The notes under the pieces were generated by a model, which made no database searches, had not been told where the DNA came from, and saw only the letters and a program-made list of their open reading frames with translations. Shown in pieces: positions 10,723-20,792 of a DNA stretch of 64,000 bases (the first letter of the stretch is position 1; every line of letters starts with the position of its first letter). Made by a program: the position numbers and the translations under genes. Location: NCBI GenBank assembly GCA_044229145.1, contig JBGATO010000008.1, forward strand, positions 17,218 through 81,217, written 5' to 3'. Origin of the DNA: Candidatus Eiseniibacteriota bacterium (lineage in GTDB: Bacteria > Eisenbacteria > RBG-16-71-46 > CAZEPH01).

Positions 10723-11055
10723 CTGGATACCTACTACAAGCCCGAGGACCTTGCACGGTTCGCCGAACTGGGCAAGAACCGGCCCGACCTGTGGGATAAG
10801 TTCCACGCCTGGTACGCTGCCGTGTTTGCGGACGGCGCGCTGACCGTCCGCGAGAAAGCGCTCATCGCCCTCGCCGTCGCGCACGCCGTCCAGTGCCCCT
10901 ACTGCATCGACGCGTATAGTCACGCGTCGCTCGAGAATGGCGCCGACCTCGATCAGATGACGGAGGCGGTGCACGTCGCGGGCGCGATCCGCGGCGGCGC
11001 TTGCCTGGCGCACGGCGTGCAGATGCGCACCATCGCCACGAAGGCGGGCATGTAG
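10723..11055 (+). CDS. AhpD/carboxymuconolactone decarboxylase-like protein of the type found beside ArsS-like radical SAMs; probable CTG start
   Basis: GGAGG at 10713-10717 followed by CTG GAT ACC TAC TAC (MDTYYKPEDLARF...), in frame with EKALIALAVAHAVQCPYCIDAY. Confidence 0.82.
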   Translation: MDTYYKPEDLARFAELGKNRPDLWDKFHAWYAAVFADGALTVREKALIALAVAHAVQCPYCIDAYSHASLENGADLDQMTEAVHVAGAIRGGACLAHGVQMRTIATKAGM

Positions 11056-12108
<1,053 letters not shown>

Positions 12109-12238
12109 GCCGGACGGGCGCCGTCCGTCGCCTCCACACGAATTGACTCGACTTCGCCTCCGGCCCCGCCCAGGCTGGCAGCGAAATTACGCGAATCCTC
12201 CCCGGCTTTGCACTCGTCCCCTCTCCCCGAGGTGCTTC

Positions 12239-13207
12239 GTGTCCACATCTGCCGCTGTCCCGGGTGCCAAGGTGGAAGTCTTGCGGGCGATCGACCCCAC
12301 CGTACAGTCCCTCATGGCCGATCACTGCCAGAAGCGGCGCCTGTGGTTCCCCTCGGAACTCGCCGGACCGCCGGCCGGAAGCGATCCGCGCGATTTCGCC
12401 AACGAGTTGAGTACCCGCGCCGCCGCAATCAGCGGGCCGGTCCGCGCCACGATCGTCCTCAACATGCTGACGGAAGAGGGACTGCCGCACTTCCACCGCC
12501 TCATGTCGCGCATCATGGGCCAGGAGAGCACCTGGACCACGTGGCGCGACGCCTGGACGGCCGAGGAAGAGCGGCACGGCGCGGTGATGCAGATGTGGGT
12601 GCATGCGTCGGGCGCCTTCGTCGGCGCCGGCATCGAGCGGATGCTGTTCGCCTACATCAACAGCGGCTTCGTGCCGGACTGGAACGATGATCCCTATCGC
12701 ATGCTCGTCTATACGAGCATGCAAGAGCGGGCGACCCAGATCTCGCATCGCGCCACCGGACACCTGGCGGGAGCGGAGGAGCCAGTGATCGGCGCGGTGC
12801 TGCGCCACGTGGCGGCAGATGAAGCGCGCCACTTCGTGTTCTACCGCGGAGTCGTCCAGGCCGTCGTGGACCGCGATCCTAGCGGCGCACTGCTGGCGTT
12901 CGCACACGTCGTCACGCACATGGATATGCCGGGCGTGTCGATGCCGCGGTTCGGCGCGTTGGCCGAGGTGGTGCGGCGGCTCGGGGTGTACGGGCCGGAT
13001 CAGTTCCTTGCTATCGTCGAAGACCACATCAAGTCGTGGGGCGTCGCAACGCTCACCGGGCTCTCCGCCGAGGGGCGCCAGGCGCAAGAGACCATCCTTG
13101 CCGCACCGGCCCGGCTGCGCCGGGTGGCGGAGATTGCGCGGGCCCGCCAGCGGCCGCGAACCTTCGCGTTCGCCGACGTCTGCCAGGCTGACTTCACCAT
13201 GGCCTGA
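12239..13207 (+). CDS. Acyl-ACP desaturase family di-iron protein, copy 3
   Basis: TEEGLPHF, WTAEEERHG, MQERAT and ADEARH motifs. GTG at 12239 after GAGGTG gives a length matching the two paralogs. Confidence 0.88.
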   Translation: MSTSAAVPGAKVEVLRAIDPTVQSLMADHCQKRRLWFPSELAGPPAGSDPRDFANELSTRAAAISGPVRATIVLNMLTEEGLPHFHRLMSRIMGQESTWTTWRDAWTAEEERHGAVMQMWVHASGAFVGAGIERMLFAYINSGFVPDWNDDPYRMLVYTSMQERATQISHRATGHLAGAEEPVIGAVLRHVAADEARHFVFYRGVVQAVVDRDPSGALLAFAHVVTHMDMPGVSMPRFGALAEVVRRLGVYGPDQFLAIVEDHIKSWGVATLTGLSAEGRQAQETILAAPARLRRVAEIARARQRPRTFAFADVCQADFTMA

Positions 13208-13322
13208 TGCGCCCTCCGGGGTGCCCATCTGGCCCTAGCCACGGCGGGAGCCTCACGCTATCATCCCGGCTTCTTGCGCCCACGCCGGATGCGCCCGGGC
13301 GCCGCAATTCGCTGGAGCCCCT

Positions 13323-14972
13323 ATGCCGACGCTCACGATCAACGGCAAGACCATCGAGGTCCCGGCCGGCACCAACCTCATCGAGGCCGCGCGCCAGGCC
13401 GGCGCCGCCGTCCCGCACTTCTGCTATCACCCCGACCTGCCCATCGCCGGCAACTGCCGCATGTGCCTCGTGCACATCGAGAAGATGCCGAAGCTGCAGA
13501 TCGCCTGCAACACGGTGGCCACCGAGGGCATGGTGGTGACCACGCAGAACGGCGAGGTCGACGAAGCGGTGAAGGGCGTCCTCGAGTTCTTGCTCAAGAA
13601 CCACCCCGTCGACTGTCCGATCTGCGACCAGGCCGGCGAGTGCAAGCTCCAGGACTACTACATGGAGGTCGGCCTCCACGACTCGCGCGTCGACCAGGCC
13701 GACAAGGTGCACAAGCGCAAGACGATCGACATCGGCGAGATGATCGTGCTCGACCGCGAACGGTGCGTGCTGTGCTCGCGCTGCATCCGTTTCGGCGAGC
13801 AGGTGCTCGGCGGCGCCGAGTTCGGCTTCGCCAACCGCGGCGACCACGTCCAGATCACCACCTTCAACGACCAGCCGCTGAAGTACGGCTACGCCGGCAA
13901 CTACGCCGACATGTGCCCGGTGGGCGCGCTGACCTCGCGCGACTTCCGCTTCAAGAAGCGCGTGTGGCTGCTGCAGGGCACGCCGTCGGTGTGCACCGGT
14001 TGCTCGACCGGCTGCAACATCCAGATCGACCATGAAGGCGGCGACGTGTTCCGCTTCGTGCCGCGCCGCAACGCCGACGTCAATGCGTCGTGGATGTGCG
14101 ACGACGGCCGCCTGTCGTACAAGAAGATCAACGCCGAGGACCGCGTCACCACGCCGATGCGGCACCACGCCGGCGCGCCGGTCGCCAGCACGTGGGCCGA
14201 GACGACGCGCCTGTTCGCCGACGCGCTGCAGGCGGCGGGCGGCGCGGCCACCGCGATGATCGCCAGTCCGCAGGCCACCAACGAGTCGCTCGCCGCGTTC
14301 CAAGCGCTCGCCGAGGCGGTGGGCGCCGCGTGGGTCGACTACCGCGCCGACGGTTCGCACGCCCTCACCGAGGAGCGCGAGGACGCGGTGCTTCGCCGCA
14401 AGGATCACAGCCCAAACAACAAGGGCTGCGCCGCCATCGTCAAGACGACGTCTGACGTCGACGCGATCCTCGCCGCGTGCGAAGCGGGCACGGTGAAGGT
14501 GCTCTACTTGCTCGGCACCGAACTGCTCACCAACCGTGCCGACGCCGACCGCGTCGCCAAGGCGCTCGCGAAGGTCGAAACCGTCGCCGTGCACGCCGAG
14601 CACTGGACCGACGCGCTGGAGAACGTCGCGCTCGTCTTCCCGGCCGCCAGCGTCGCCGAGCAGGACGGCACCTACACGAACTACGCCGGCCGCGTGCAGC
14701 GCGTGAAGCGCGCGTTCGCGCCGCGGGGCGCCTGCCAGCCGCACGGCGCGGTGGCGCGCGAAGCATTGCGCCAACTCGGCAAGCAGACGCCGCCGGAAAC
14801 CGCCGCCGCCACGTTCAAGCATCTCGCGGAGTCGAACCCCGCGTTCGCCGGTCTCACGTGGGCCGGGCTCGAGCCGCACAAGGCGAGCGCGCAGGATCTC
14901 TCCGCGGTGATCAGCCTGCACGGCGCGAAGCAGAATCCGCTCAAGGTCAGCATCGGAGGAGGCGTGCGATGA
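13323..14972 (+). CDS. nuoG: NADH-quinone oxidoreductase subunit G (short form, 549 aa)
   Basis: HFCYH..AGNCRMC, HPVDCPICDQAGEC, CVLCSRC...CPVGAL, and an N7-type CTGCSTGC...C motif. Confidence 0.9.
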   Translation: MPTLTINGKTIEVPAGTNLIEAARQAGAAVPHFCYHPDLPIAGNCRMCLVHIEKMPKLQIACNTVATEGMVVTTQNGEVDEAVKGVLEFLLKNHPVDCPICDQAGECKLQDYYMEVGLHDSRVDQADKVHKRKTIDIGEMIVLDRERCVLCSRCIRFGEQVLGGAEFGFANRGDHVQITTFNDQPLKYGYAGNYADMCPVGALTSRDFRFKKRVWLLQGTPSVCTGCSTGCNIQIDHEGGDVFRFVPRRNADVNASWMCDDGRLSYKKINAEDRVTTPMRHHAGAPVASTWAETTRLFADALQAAGGAATAMIASPQATNESLAAFQALAEAVGAAWVDYRADGSHALTEEREDAVLRRKDHSPNNKGCAAIVKTTSDVDAILAACEAGTVKVLYLLGTELLTNRADADRVAKALAKVETVAVHAEHWTDALENVALVFPAASVAEQDGTYTNYAGRVQRVKRAFAPRGACQPHGAVAREALRQLGKQTPPETAAATFKHLAESNPAFAGLTWAGLEPHKASAQDLSAVISLHGAKQNPLKVSIGGGVR

Positions 14973-15589
14973 GCACGACGGTGGACCTCAGCGCGCCGAA
15001 GGTCATGGGCGCGATGCACGGCAAGGGCAGCGTCAAGGTCGTGCACGAATCGGCGCGCGGCTCCGTGTTCGCCACGCTCAAGGGCCTGACGATCACGCTC
15101 AAGTACACGATCCTCAACCTGACCGGCAAACTCGCGCCGACCGTCAGCTACCCCGAGCAGCGCCGCAACTACAGCGACCGCTTCCGCGGCGTGCACGTCA
15201 TCACGCAGCGCCCGGACGGCTCGCCGAAGTGCGTCGCCTGCTACATGTGCTCGACGATCTGCCCGGCCGACTGCATCCACATCGAGGCCGGCGAGCGCGA
15301 TGGCGCCACGTTCGAGAAGTACCCGACCAAGTTCGAGATCGACATGCTGCGCTGCGTCATGTGCGGCCTGTGTGTCGACGCCTGCCCCGAAGAAGCCATC
15401 ATCATGTCGAAGGACTACGAGATGGCGGCCTACACGCGCGAGGACACGGTGTACGACCTCACGCGCCTCATGTTCCGCAAGGGCATCGAGGAGTGGGGCC
15501 TCGGCTACCGCCCGCGCCGCGACGACATCGACGTCGCTTCGCCGGCCCGCCACCCGCGTGACAAGAAGCCGATGACGCCGTCGGTGTAG
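14969..15589 (+). CDS. nuoI: NADH-quinone oxidoreductase subunit I
   Basis: YPEQ, RFRG, CVACYMCSTICP and CVMCGLCVDACP. ATGA overlap with nuoG. Confidence 0.92.
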   Translation: MSTTVDLSAPKVMGAMHGKGSVKVVHESARGSVFATLKGLTITLKYTILNLTGKLAPTVSYPEQRRNYSDRFRGVHVITQRPDGSPKCVACYMCSTICPADCIHIEAGERDGATFEKYPTKFEIDMLRCVMCGLCVDACPEEAIIMSKDYEMAAYTREDTVYDLTRLMFRKGIEEWGLGYRPRRDDIDVASPARHPRDKKPMTPSV

Positions 15590-15611
15590 CGAGGCGGGGG
15601 AGAGGGCGGAC

Positions 15612-16472
15612 GTGCCGGTGTGCCCGGGATCCTCAAGAGGCCGCTGCCACGCACTTGGGTCCTTGTCGATCCTCGTCGCGGTCTTCGTGTTCGTCTGGTG
15701 CGCACGTTCCGATGCGGCGGGATCCACGCCGACAAGGACAGTCCGAAGCGCCAACGGAGCGTTCACGATCCGCATTCCCGCGGATTGGGTGGCGCGCGAC
15801 ACCAGCGCGACGTCCATGCACTACTTCGACGAGTTCTTCTTCGTCCGAAATCAGCGATTTGCGTACGGGATCCACGACTCCGTGCGAGCGGACGGCCGGC
15901 GGTTCTTCAACCCTCAGGTCCTCAGGAACGAGATTCCGGCGGGGTGCCTGTTGATCACGTTCGCGACGCAAGACGGTCCGCCCGGCGATTGGCTCTGGGA
16001 ATATTCGCCCGACACCGTCGGCGACAATCTCGCGCGGCTCCTGGGTCCGAAGGCGTTTCGATGGGAATCCCACGAGGGCATCGCATCCACTGGTGTGGAC
16101 TTTCGCAAGTGGCAGCAGGACTGGGGCGTCCGCGTCTGGTCGCGGGAGCCGACAGAACCGCGATTGCGGAAGCAGGCGGAGCAGGCTCTGCGTTCGGTGG
16201 TGTTCCACCCGCTTCCGGTCACCCTCGGCGGACAGGCTGTCGCACGCGCGTACGCGGCGCTTCCGGCGTCCGTGAAGGCGTTGCGGCCGAGCGTCGCGCC
16301 CGGGGCCACGGTCGGCGGCTCGAATTCGTCCGGTGATCTCGCCACCACAGTCGAGGAGACTGCGCGGGGCATGCGCGTCACGTTTCGCGTAGGCGATCGA
16401 GCCTGGAGTTACGACGTCGATCAGAAAACCGGAGTGGTGCATCCACGGCGAAGCCGCAACGGCGCACGCTGA
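15612..16472 (+). CDS. Hypothetical exported protein
   Basis: 286-aa ORF with an N-terminal hydrophobic stretch and a preceding GGAG. No recognised motif. Confidence 0.55.
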   Translation: MPVCPGSSRGRCHALGSLSILVAVFVFVWCARSDAAGSTPTRTVRSANGAFTIRIPADWVARDTSATSMHYFDEFFFVRNQRFAYGIHDSVRADGRRFFNPQVLRNEIPAGCLLITFATQDGPPGDWLWEYSPDTVGDNLARLLGPKAFRWESHEGIASTGVDFRKWQQDWGVRVWSREPTEPRLRKQAEQALRSVVFHPLPVTLGGQAVARAYAALPASVKALRPSVAPGATVGGSNSSGDLATTVEETARGMRVTFRVGDRAWSYDVDQKTGVVHPRRSRNGAR

Positions 16473-16635
16473 GTTTGCCTGCGGCTAAATCCGGCCTTCA
16501 CGCTTGGTGCCGCGTACTGGGTTCGCGGCGGCATCGGGGATGAGAGCCACCGCGGTGCACTTACGCGCGGAGATCACGGGGTAGCGCACATGGCCCAGCC
16601 CTTGCGCCCTTCGACGTCATGAAGGAGAGCAGACC

Positions 16636-16851
16636 ATGCCGGTTCCTGAGCCGCCGATTACTCGTTCGCCCGACGTGATGAGTGGTGCCGCCGTCTTCGC
16701 TGGGACGCGCGTTCCCGTGCAGACGCTGTTCGAGTACCTGGAAGGCGGTGATCCGCTCGCGGAGTTCCTCGAGGACTTTCCGTCGGTGACGCGCGAGCAC
16801 GCAGTCACCGTGCTCGAAGTCGCCAATCGCGCGCTGTCGGCGGGCGCGTAG
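16636..16851 (+). CDS. DUF433 family antitoxin
   Basis: PDVMSGAAVFAGTRVPV..LFEYL...EFLEDFPSV, with an AAGGAG RBS. Confidence 0.88.
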   Translation: MPVPEPPITRSPDVMSGAAVFAGTRVPVQTLFEYLEGGDPLAEFLEDFPSVTREHAVTVLEVANRALSAGA

Positions 16852-17309
16852 TGCGGGTCTTGTTGGACGAGTGCGTGCCGCAACGACTTCGCCGTACGCT
16901 TTGCGGCCACTACATCGCCACGGTGCAGAGTCTTGGGTGGGCGGGGCTTCGTGATCTCGATCTGCTCACGCGCATCGGGGCGCGATTCGACGCGGTCGTG
17001 ACGGTCGATCGAAAGCTGCCGAGTCGGTTGGAGGTCGGCGGGCTCCCGTTCGCGATCGTGCTGCTGGTCGGGCGCTCGAATCGTCTCGGGGACCTCGAGC
17101 CGCTCTTGCAAGGGGCCTCTCGTATTCTCCCGGACTGCCACCCGGGCGAACTCCACACCGTCGCCGATTTCCAGCGCGGCGAAATCGTGCGCGAGTGGAC
17201 GCCGGCCTACCGCGCTCGCGAAATCGCCGACTTCCGGTGTTGCGCCTGGCGCGCGCGTGCTTGCTCCCCGGCAATCCGATCCGCCAGAAACATCTTGAGC
17301 AGCGACTGA
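16851..17309 (+). CDS. DUF5615/VapC45-like PIN toxin
   Basis: MRVLLDECVP...GWAGLRD..LL...VTVD. Coupled to DUF433 through TAGTG. Confidence 0.8.
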   Translation: MRVLLDECVPQRLRRTLCGHYIATVQSLGWAGLRDLDLLTRIGARFDAVVTVDRKLPSRLEVGGLPFAIVLLVGRSNRLGDLEPLLQGASRILPDCHPGELHTVADFQRGEIVREWTPAYRAREIADFRCCAWRARACSPAIRSARNILSSD

Positions 17310-17548
17310 TACGGTACGTCACGCTTGTTCGCGAGCACCTTGAGGTCAGCGAGCATTCCTGCCGGCAATCGTAGCGAAATCGTCTGAGTCGATGGCTTCA
17401 GCCGCGGCAGCGTGGTCTCGCGCGCGGCATCCCAGTCCACGAACTCCGTCGTATCGTGCGTGTCCCAGAACGCGCGCTCCTCCGCTTCCGACTTGAAGCG
17501 CGGGACTGGCTTACGCGCCTTCGTTGCCGGCTTCCGATTTTTCGGCAT
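17207..17548 (-). CDS. brnA: BrnA/CopG-like antitoxin
   Basis: PRFKSEAEERAFWDTHD...TISLRLP...ANKRDVPYQSLLK. Confidence 0.85.
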   Translation of the reverse strand: MPKNRKPATKARKPVPRFKSEAEERAFWDTHDTTEFVDWDAARETTLPRLKPSTQTISLRLPAGMLADLKVLANKRDVPYQSLLKMFLADRIAGEQARARQAQHRKSAISRAR

Positions 17549-17837
17549 AGAGCCTCCGTTCGGTCTTGTTCATCGGCCGCGCGGAAATCACGCGGAGCAG
17601 TGCGCCACGAATCGTGAAGACCACCAGGAGCAGACGATCGAGATTCGTGCGGCCCAGGGCAAAGTAGCGCGCCTCGTGGAGCGAGTGCTTGAAGTCATCG
17701 GCCACGATGAGCGGTTGGTTGAAGAAGAGTTGCTCGCACTCGTCGCGGGTCACGCGATGACGCTCCCATGTTTTGGTGTCGTTGCCCGCGTCCCATTGAA
17801 AGCCGGTGACCCGGGTTAGGTGCGACTTCGCGTCCAT
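17511..17837 (-). CDS. brnT: BrnT (DUF497) toxin
   Basis: GFQWDAGN..K...H.V...E..F.N and RVISARPM..ERR.Y. Overlaps the antitoxin start. Confidence 0.88.
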   Translation of the reverse strand: MDAKSHLTRVTGFQWDAGNDTKTWERHRVTRDECEQLFFNQPLIVADDFKHSLHEARYFALGRTNLDRLLLVVFTIRGALLRVISARPMNKTERRLYAEKSEAGNEGA

Positions 17838-17843
17838 GAATCA

Positions 17844-17874
17844 AGTGTATATGGCTCGCATATACCTTCGTCAA
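17844..17874 (-). promoter_or_regulatory. brnTA promoter with palindromic operator GTATATG-N5-CATATAC
   Basis: Minus-strand TTGACG (17874-17869) and TACACT (17849-17844). A perfect 7-bp inverted repeat at 17847-17865 lies over the spacer and -10. Confidence 0.6.
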
Positions 17875-17965
17875 GTGGCCGGGTGCAGGGCTCGCTTCCA
17901 CACCAGGTTGGCTGGGGGGCGCGCTTGGACCCCTGCCGCCGCCACCCGTTGTGTACAATCCGGGC

Positions 17966-19000
17966 ATGTCCAATCCGCACGACATCCGCATCCTCAACAA
18001 CGAGCCCGCCGTCCCGCACGGCGCCCCCGGCCACGTCCACACCGAGGCCTGTGACGAGCGCACCACCGCGCCGGGCCGCCGCAGCGGGCCGAACGCGATG
18101 CAGAAACACATCGCCGCCGAACAGGGTCACGCGCACGCCGGCCGCCTGCCGGAGTGGATGAAGGTCCGGCTCAGCAACGGCGCCGGCTACAGCCGCATCC
18201 GCGAGCTGGTGCGCGAGCAGAACCTCCACACCGTCTGCCAATCCGCCGACTGCCCGAACATGAGCGACTGCTGGAGCCGCGGCACCGCCACGTTCATGAT
18301 CCTCGGCAACGTCTGCACGCGCTCGTGCGGCTTCTGCGCGGTGCAAACCGGCCGGCCGCTCGAGCTCGATCTCGACGAGCCGCGCCGTGTGGCCGCCAGC
18401 GTCGCGACGATGGGCCTCAAGCACGCCGTCATCACCAGCGTGAACCGCGACGAACTGCCGGACGGCGGCGCCCAGATGTTCGCCGACACCATCACGCAGA
18501 TCCGCGAACAGACCCATGGCGCCACCTACGTCGAGGTGCTGATCCCCGACTTCCGCGGCGAAATCGAGCCGCTGCAGATCGTCATGACCGCGCGCCCCGA
18601 CGTTCTCAACCACAACGTCGAGACCGTGCCGCGGCTCTATCCGATGGTGCGGCCGCAGGCGCGCATCGAGCGCAGCCTCGAATTGCTGCAACGCGCCAAG
18701 GCGATGGACGCGACGGTCGCCACCAAGTCCGGCCTGATGGTCGGCCTCGGCGAGACGGACGACGAAGTCCGTGAACTCATGCAGATGATGGCCGACCACG
18801 GCGTCGACATCATCACCATCGGCCAGTACCTCCGCCCGACGCCGCAGCACCTGCCGGTGACCCGCTACGTCCACCCCGACACCTTCGCCCAGTACGTCGA
18901 GTGGGGGAAGGCGATGGGCGTGAAGGACGTGGCCAGCGGCCCGCTTGTCCGCAGCTCGTTCCACGCCGAGCAGACGCTGGAACGCGCCCGGCACGGTTGA
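17966..19000 (+). CDS. lipA: Lipoyl synthase
   Basis: CQSADCPNMSDC, CTRSCGFC and C-terminal VRSSF motifs. Confidence 0.95.
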   Translation: MSNPHDIRILNNEPAVPHGAPGHVHTEACDERTTAPGRRSGPNAMQKHIAAEQGHAHAGRLPEWMKVRLSNGAGYSRIRELVREQNLHTVCQSADCPNMSDCWSRGTATFMILGNVCTRSCGFCAVQTGRPLELDLDEPRRVAASVATMGLKHAVITSVNRDELPDGGAQMFADTITQIREQTHGATYVEVLIPDFRGEIEPLQIVMTARPDVLNHNVETVPRLYPMVRPQARIERSLELLQRAKAMDATVATKSGLMVGLGETDDEVRELMQMMADHGVDIITIGQYLRPTPQHLPVTRYVHPDTFAQYVEWGKAMGVKDVASGPLVRSSFHAEQTLERARHG

Positions 19001-19172
19001 CAGATCTGCCGACGAGGCTTAGCGTTATCGGCTCTTCCTCACGCGAAGCAGGCGCGCAGCCCCGGACGCGCCGCGGCCGCGTGAGGTCCACTTCCGCGTT
19101 CCCGCGCCGCCGCGCGGTCAGCTGACATCTCAAGATTCGCAGGGATCAGGCGATACTCCTTCTCCGTGGGGC

Positions 19173-19279
19173 AGCGTCCACGACAGACGCACCCCGTCCC
19201 GACCGGCTCACGGCACGATGCCCGCCGCCGGTGAGGGGATCAGGAGATCCCCGGCGACAGACTGACAACGTGGACCGCT
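19173..19279 (+). ncRNA. Candidate structured RNA/leader of unknown family
   Basis: Closing stem AGCGTCCACG/CGTGGACCGCT with internal hairpins ACCGGC..GCCGGT and GGGGATC-AGGA-GATCCCC, downstream of a -10-like GATACT. Confidence 0.35.
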
Positions 19280-19299
19280 AGGCGATCCGGGAGGCCAGG

Positions 19300-19761
19300 G
19301 TGATCGAGCCCAACGCAGGAGGACGGGAAGCGCGCGAGGTGCGCCGCGAGAAGTGGCCGCGCATCTTCACGCTCGAAGAGGCGAACGCGCTGCTGCCGTT
19401 GGTCAAGAAGACCTTCGACTGGATCGACGAACGCCGCGCCGAACTCGAGCAGCTCTCGCGCTCGCTCGAGGTGCTCGAACTGGTGGCCACCAGCGGCGCC
19501 TGCGACGGCAGCCCGGACCACGCGCAGTACCTCGACGCCAAGGCGCACTTCGACTCGCTGGTCGAAGAAGTCCAGGCCGAGCTCACCCGTCTCACCGACA
19601 TGGGCGTCGTGCTCCGCGATCTCGACCAGGGACTGGTCGACTTCCACGCCCTGCGCAATGGCCGCGTGGTCTTCCTCTGCTGGAAGCGCGGCGAAGACGA
19701 CATCAACCACTGGCACACCGTCGAGAGCGGATTTGCCGGACGGCGGCCTCTCGACGCCTAG
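19300..19761 (+). CDS. DUF2203 family protein
   Basis: FTLEEANALLP...LRDLDQGLVDF...VFLCWKRGE..I.HWH....GFAGRRPL. Confidence 0.85.
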   Translation: MIEPNAGGREAREVRREKWPRIFTLEEANALLPLVKKTFDWIDERRAELEQLSRSLEVLELVATSGACDGSPDHAQYLDAKAHFDSLVEEVQAELTRLTDMGVVLRDLDQGLVDFHALRNGRVVFLCWKRGEDDINHWHTVESGFAGRRPLDA

Positions 19762-19852
19762 GCCGTCCGACGATCTGTGCACGTGGTGCGGGGACCGCGA
19801 TCCCGATGCGGTTCCCGCCTTTTCTTTCCCCCGAGGGAGCCACGCGAACACG

Positions 19853-20158
19853 ATGGGACACTGGGTCAAGGTGGCACGTCTCGCCGACCTCCGCGACGGC
19901 GAAGGCTTCGCGGCGATGGCGGAGGACAACGAGATCGCGCTCTTCCGCGTGCGCGGTGAGGTCTACGCGATCGGCAATGCCTGCATCCACCAGGGCGGCC
20001 CGCTGGCCGACGGCTGGTGCGACGGGCCGATCGTCAGCTGCCCGTGGCACGGGTGGGAGTACGACGTGACGACCGGCGCGTGCCAGCTCGCCGGAGGTGT
20101 GTCGGTGCCGACGTATCCGGTCAAGGTCGAGGGCGACGAGATCTTCGTCGAGGTGTAA
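19853..20158 (+). CDS. Rieske [2Fe-2S] ferredoxin (NirD-like)
   Basis: CIHQGGPL...CPWHGWEYD Rieske motif. Confidence 0.9.
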   Translation: MGHWVKVARLADLRDGEGFAAMAEDNEIALFRVRGEVYAIGNACIHQGGPLADGWCDGPIVSCPWHGWEYDVTTGACQLAGGVSVPTYPVKVEGDEIFVEV

Positions 20159-20272
20159 GCGAGCCCGAGCATTCGGCTAGTCGAGCGCGCGGTCGAGTGC
20201 TAGTCTCGATCTTCTCTCAGCGTCCTGTGCTGGCGATGCCTGCCGCATCGCGTGCGCCCCTCAGGAGGATCC

Positions 20273-20710
20273 ATGGCCGACCTGCTCCCCCTTGGCAGCG
20301 TGGCACCCGCCTTCACCTTGCCGTCCACGCACGGCATGCTGTCGAGCGACGTGCTCACGGGCAAACACATCGTGCTCTGCTTCTACCCCGCCGACGACAC
20401 GCCTGGTTGAAACCGCCAGTTGTCCGCGTTTCGGGACGATCATGCTCGGTTCGAGCATGCCAACACGGTGGTGATCGGGGTCAATCATCAGGGTCTCGAT
20501 TCCCACGACGCGTATTCGCAGAAGTTCTCCTTCCCGTTCGCCCTCGCCACCGACGCGGACCGGCGCGTGGCGGCCGCGTATCACGCCCTGAAGGACAACG
20601 GCACCAGCATCGAACGCTCGGTGTACGTTCTCGGGCCGGACCGCACGATTCGCTACGCGGCCCGCGGAATTCCGGACAACGCGGAGGTGCTCGCGGCGCT
20701 CGGCGGCTGA
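20273..20710 (+). CDS. BCP/PrxQ-type peroxiredoxin with selenocysteine (in-frame TGA at 20408-20410)
   Basis: AGGAGG RBS and ATG 20273 give MADLLPLGSVAPAFTLPS...FYPADDTPG-U-NRQLSAFRD...VIGVN...FPFALATD...ERSVYVL. TGA sits exactly at the peroxidatic Cys of PxxxTxxC. Confidence 0.85.
20418..20441 (+). promoter_or_regulatory. Putative bacterial SECIS hairpin
   Basis: GTTGTCC-GCGTTTCG-GGACGAT stem-loop, with its apex about 18 nt after the TGA. Confidence 0.5.
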
Positions 20711-20727
20711 GAGCGCGACCCCGAATG

Positions 20728-20764
20728 CGAAACGCCGGCGAGCGTGCGGCTCGCCGGCGTTTCG
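20728..20764. terminator. Bidirectional intrinsic terminator
   Basis: Perfect 16-bp stem CGAAACGCCGGCGAGC/GCTCGCCGGCGTTTCG between convergent genes. Confidence 0.75.
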
Positions 20765-20792
20765 TCATCGTGGACGGGGACGCGCCCCGCGG

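Noticed and set aside
15590..17900. Mobile element or prophage around the TA pairs
   Set aside because: No integrase, transposase, tRNA or terminal repeats were seen.
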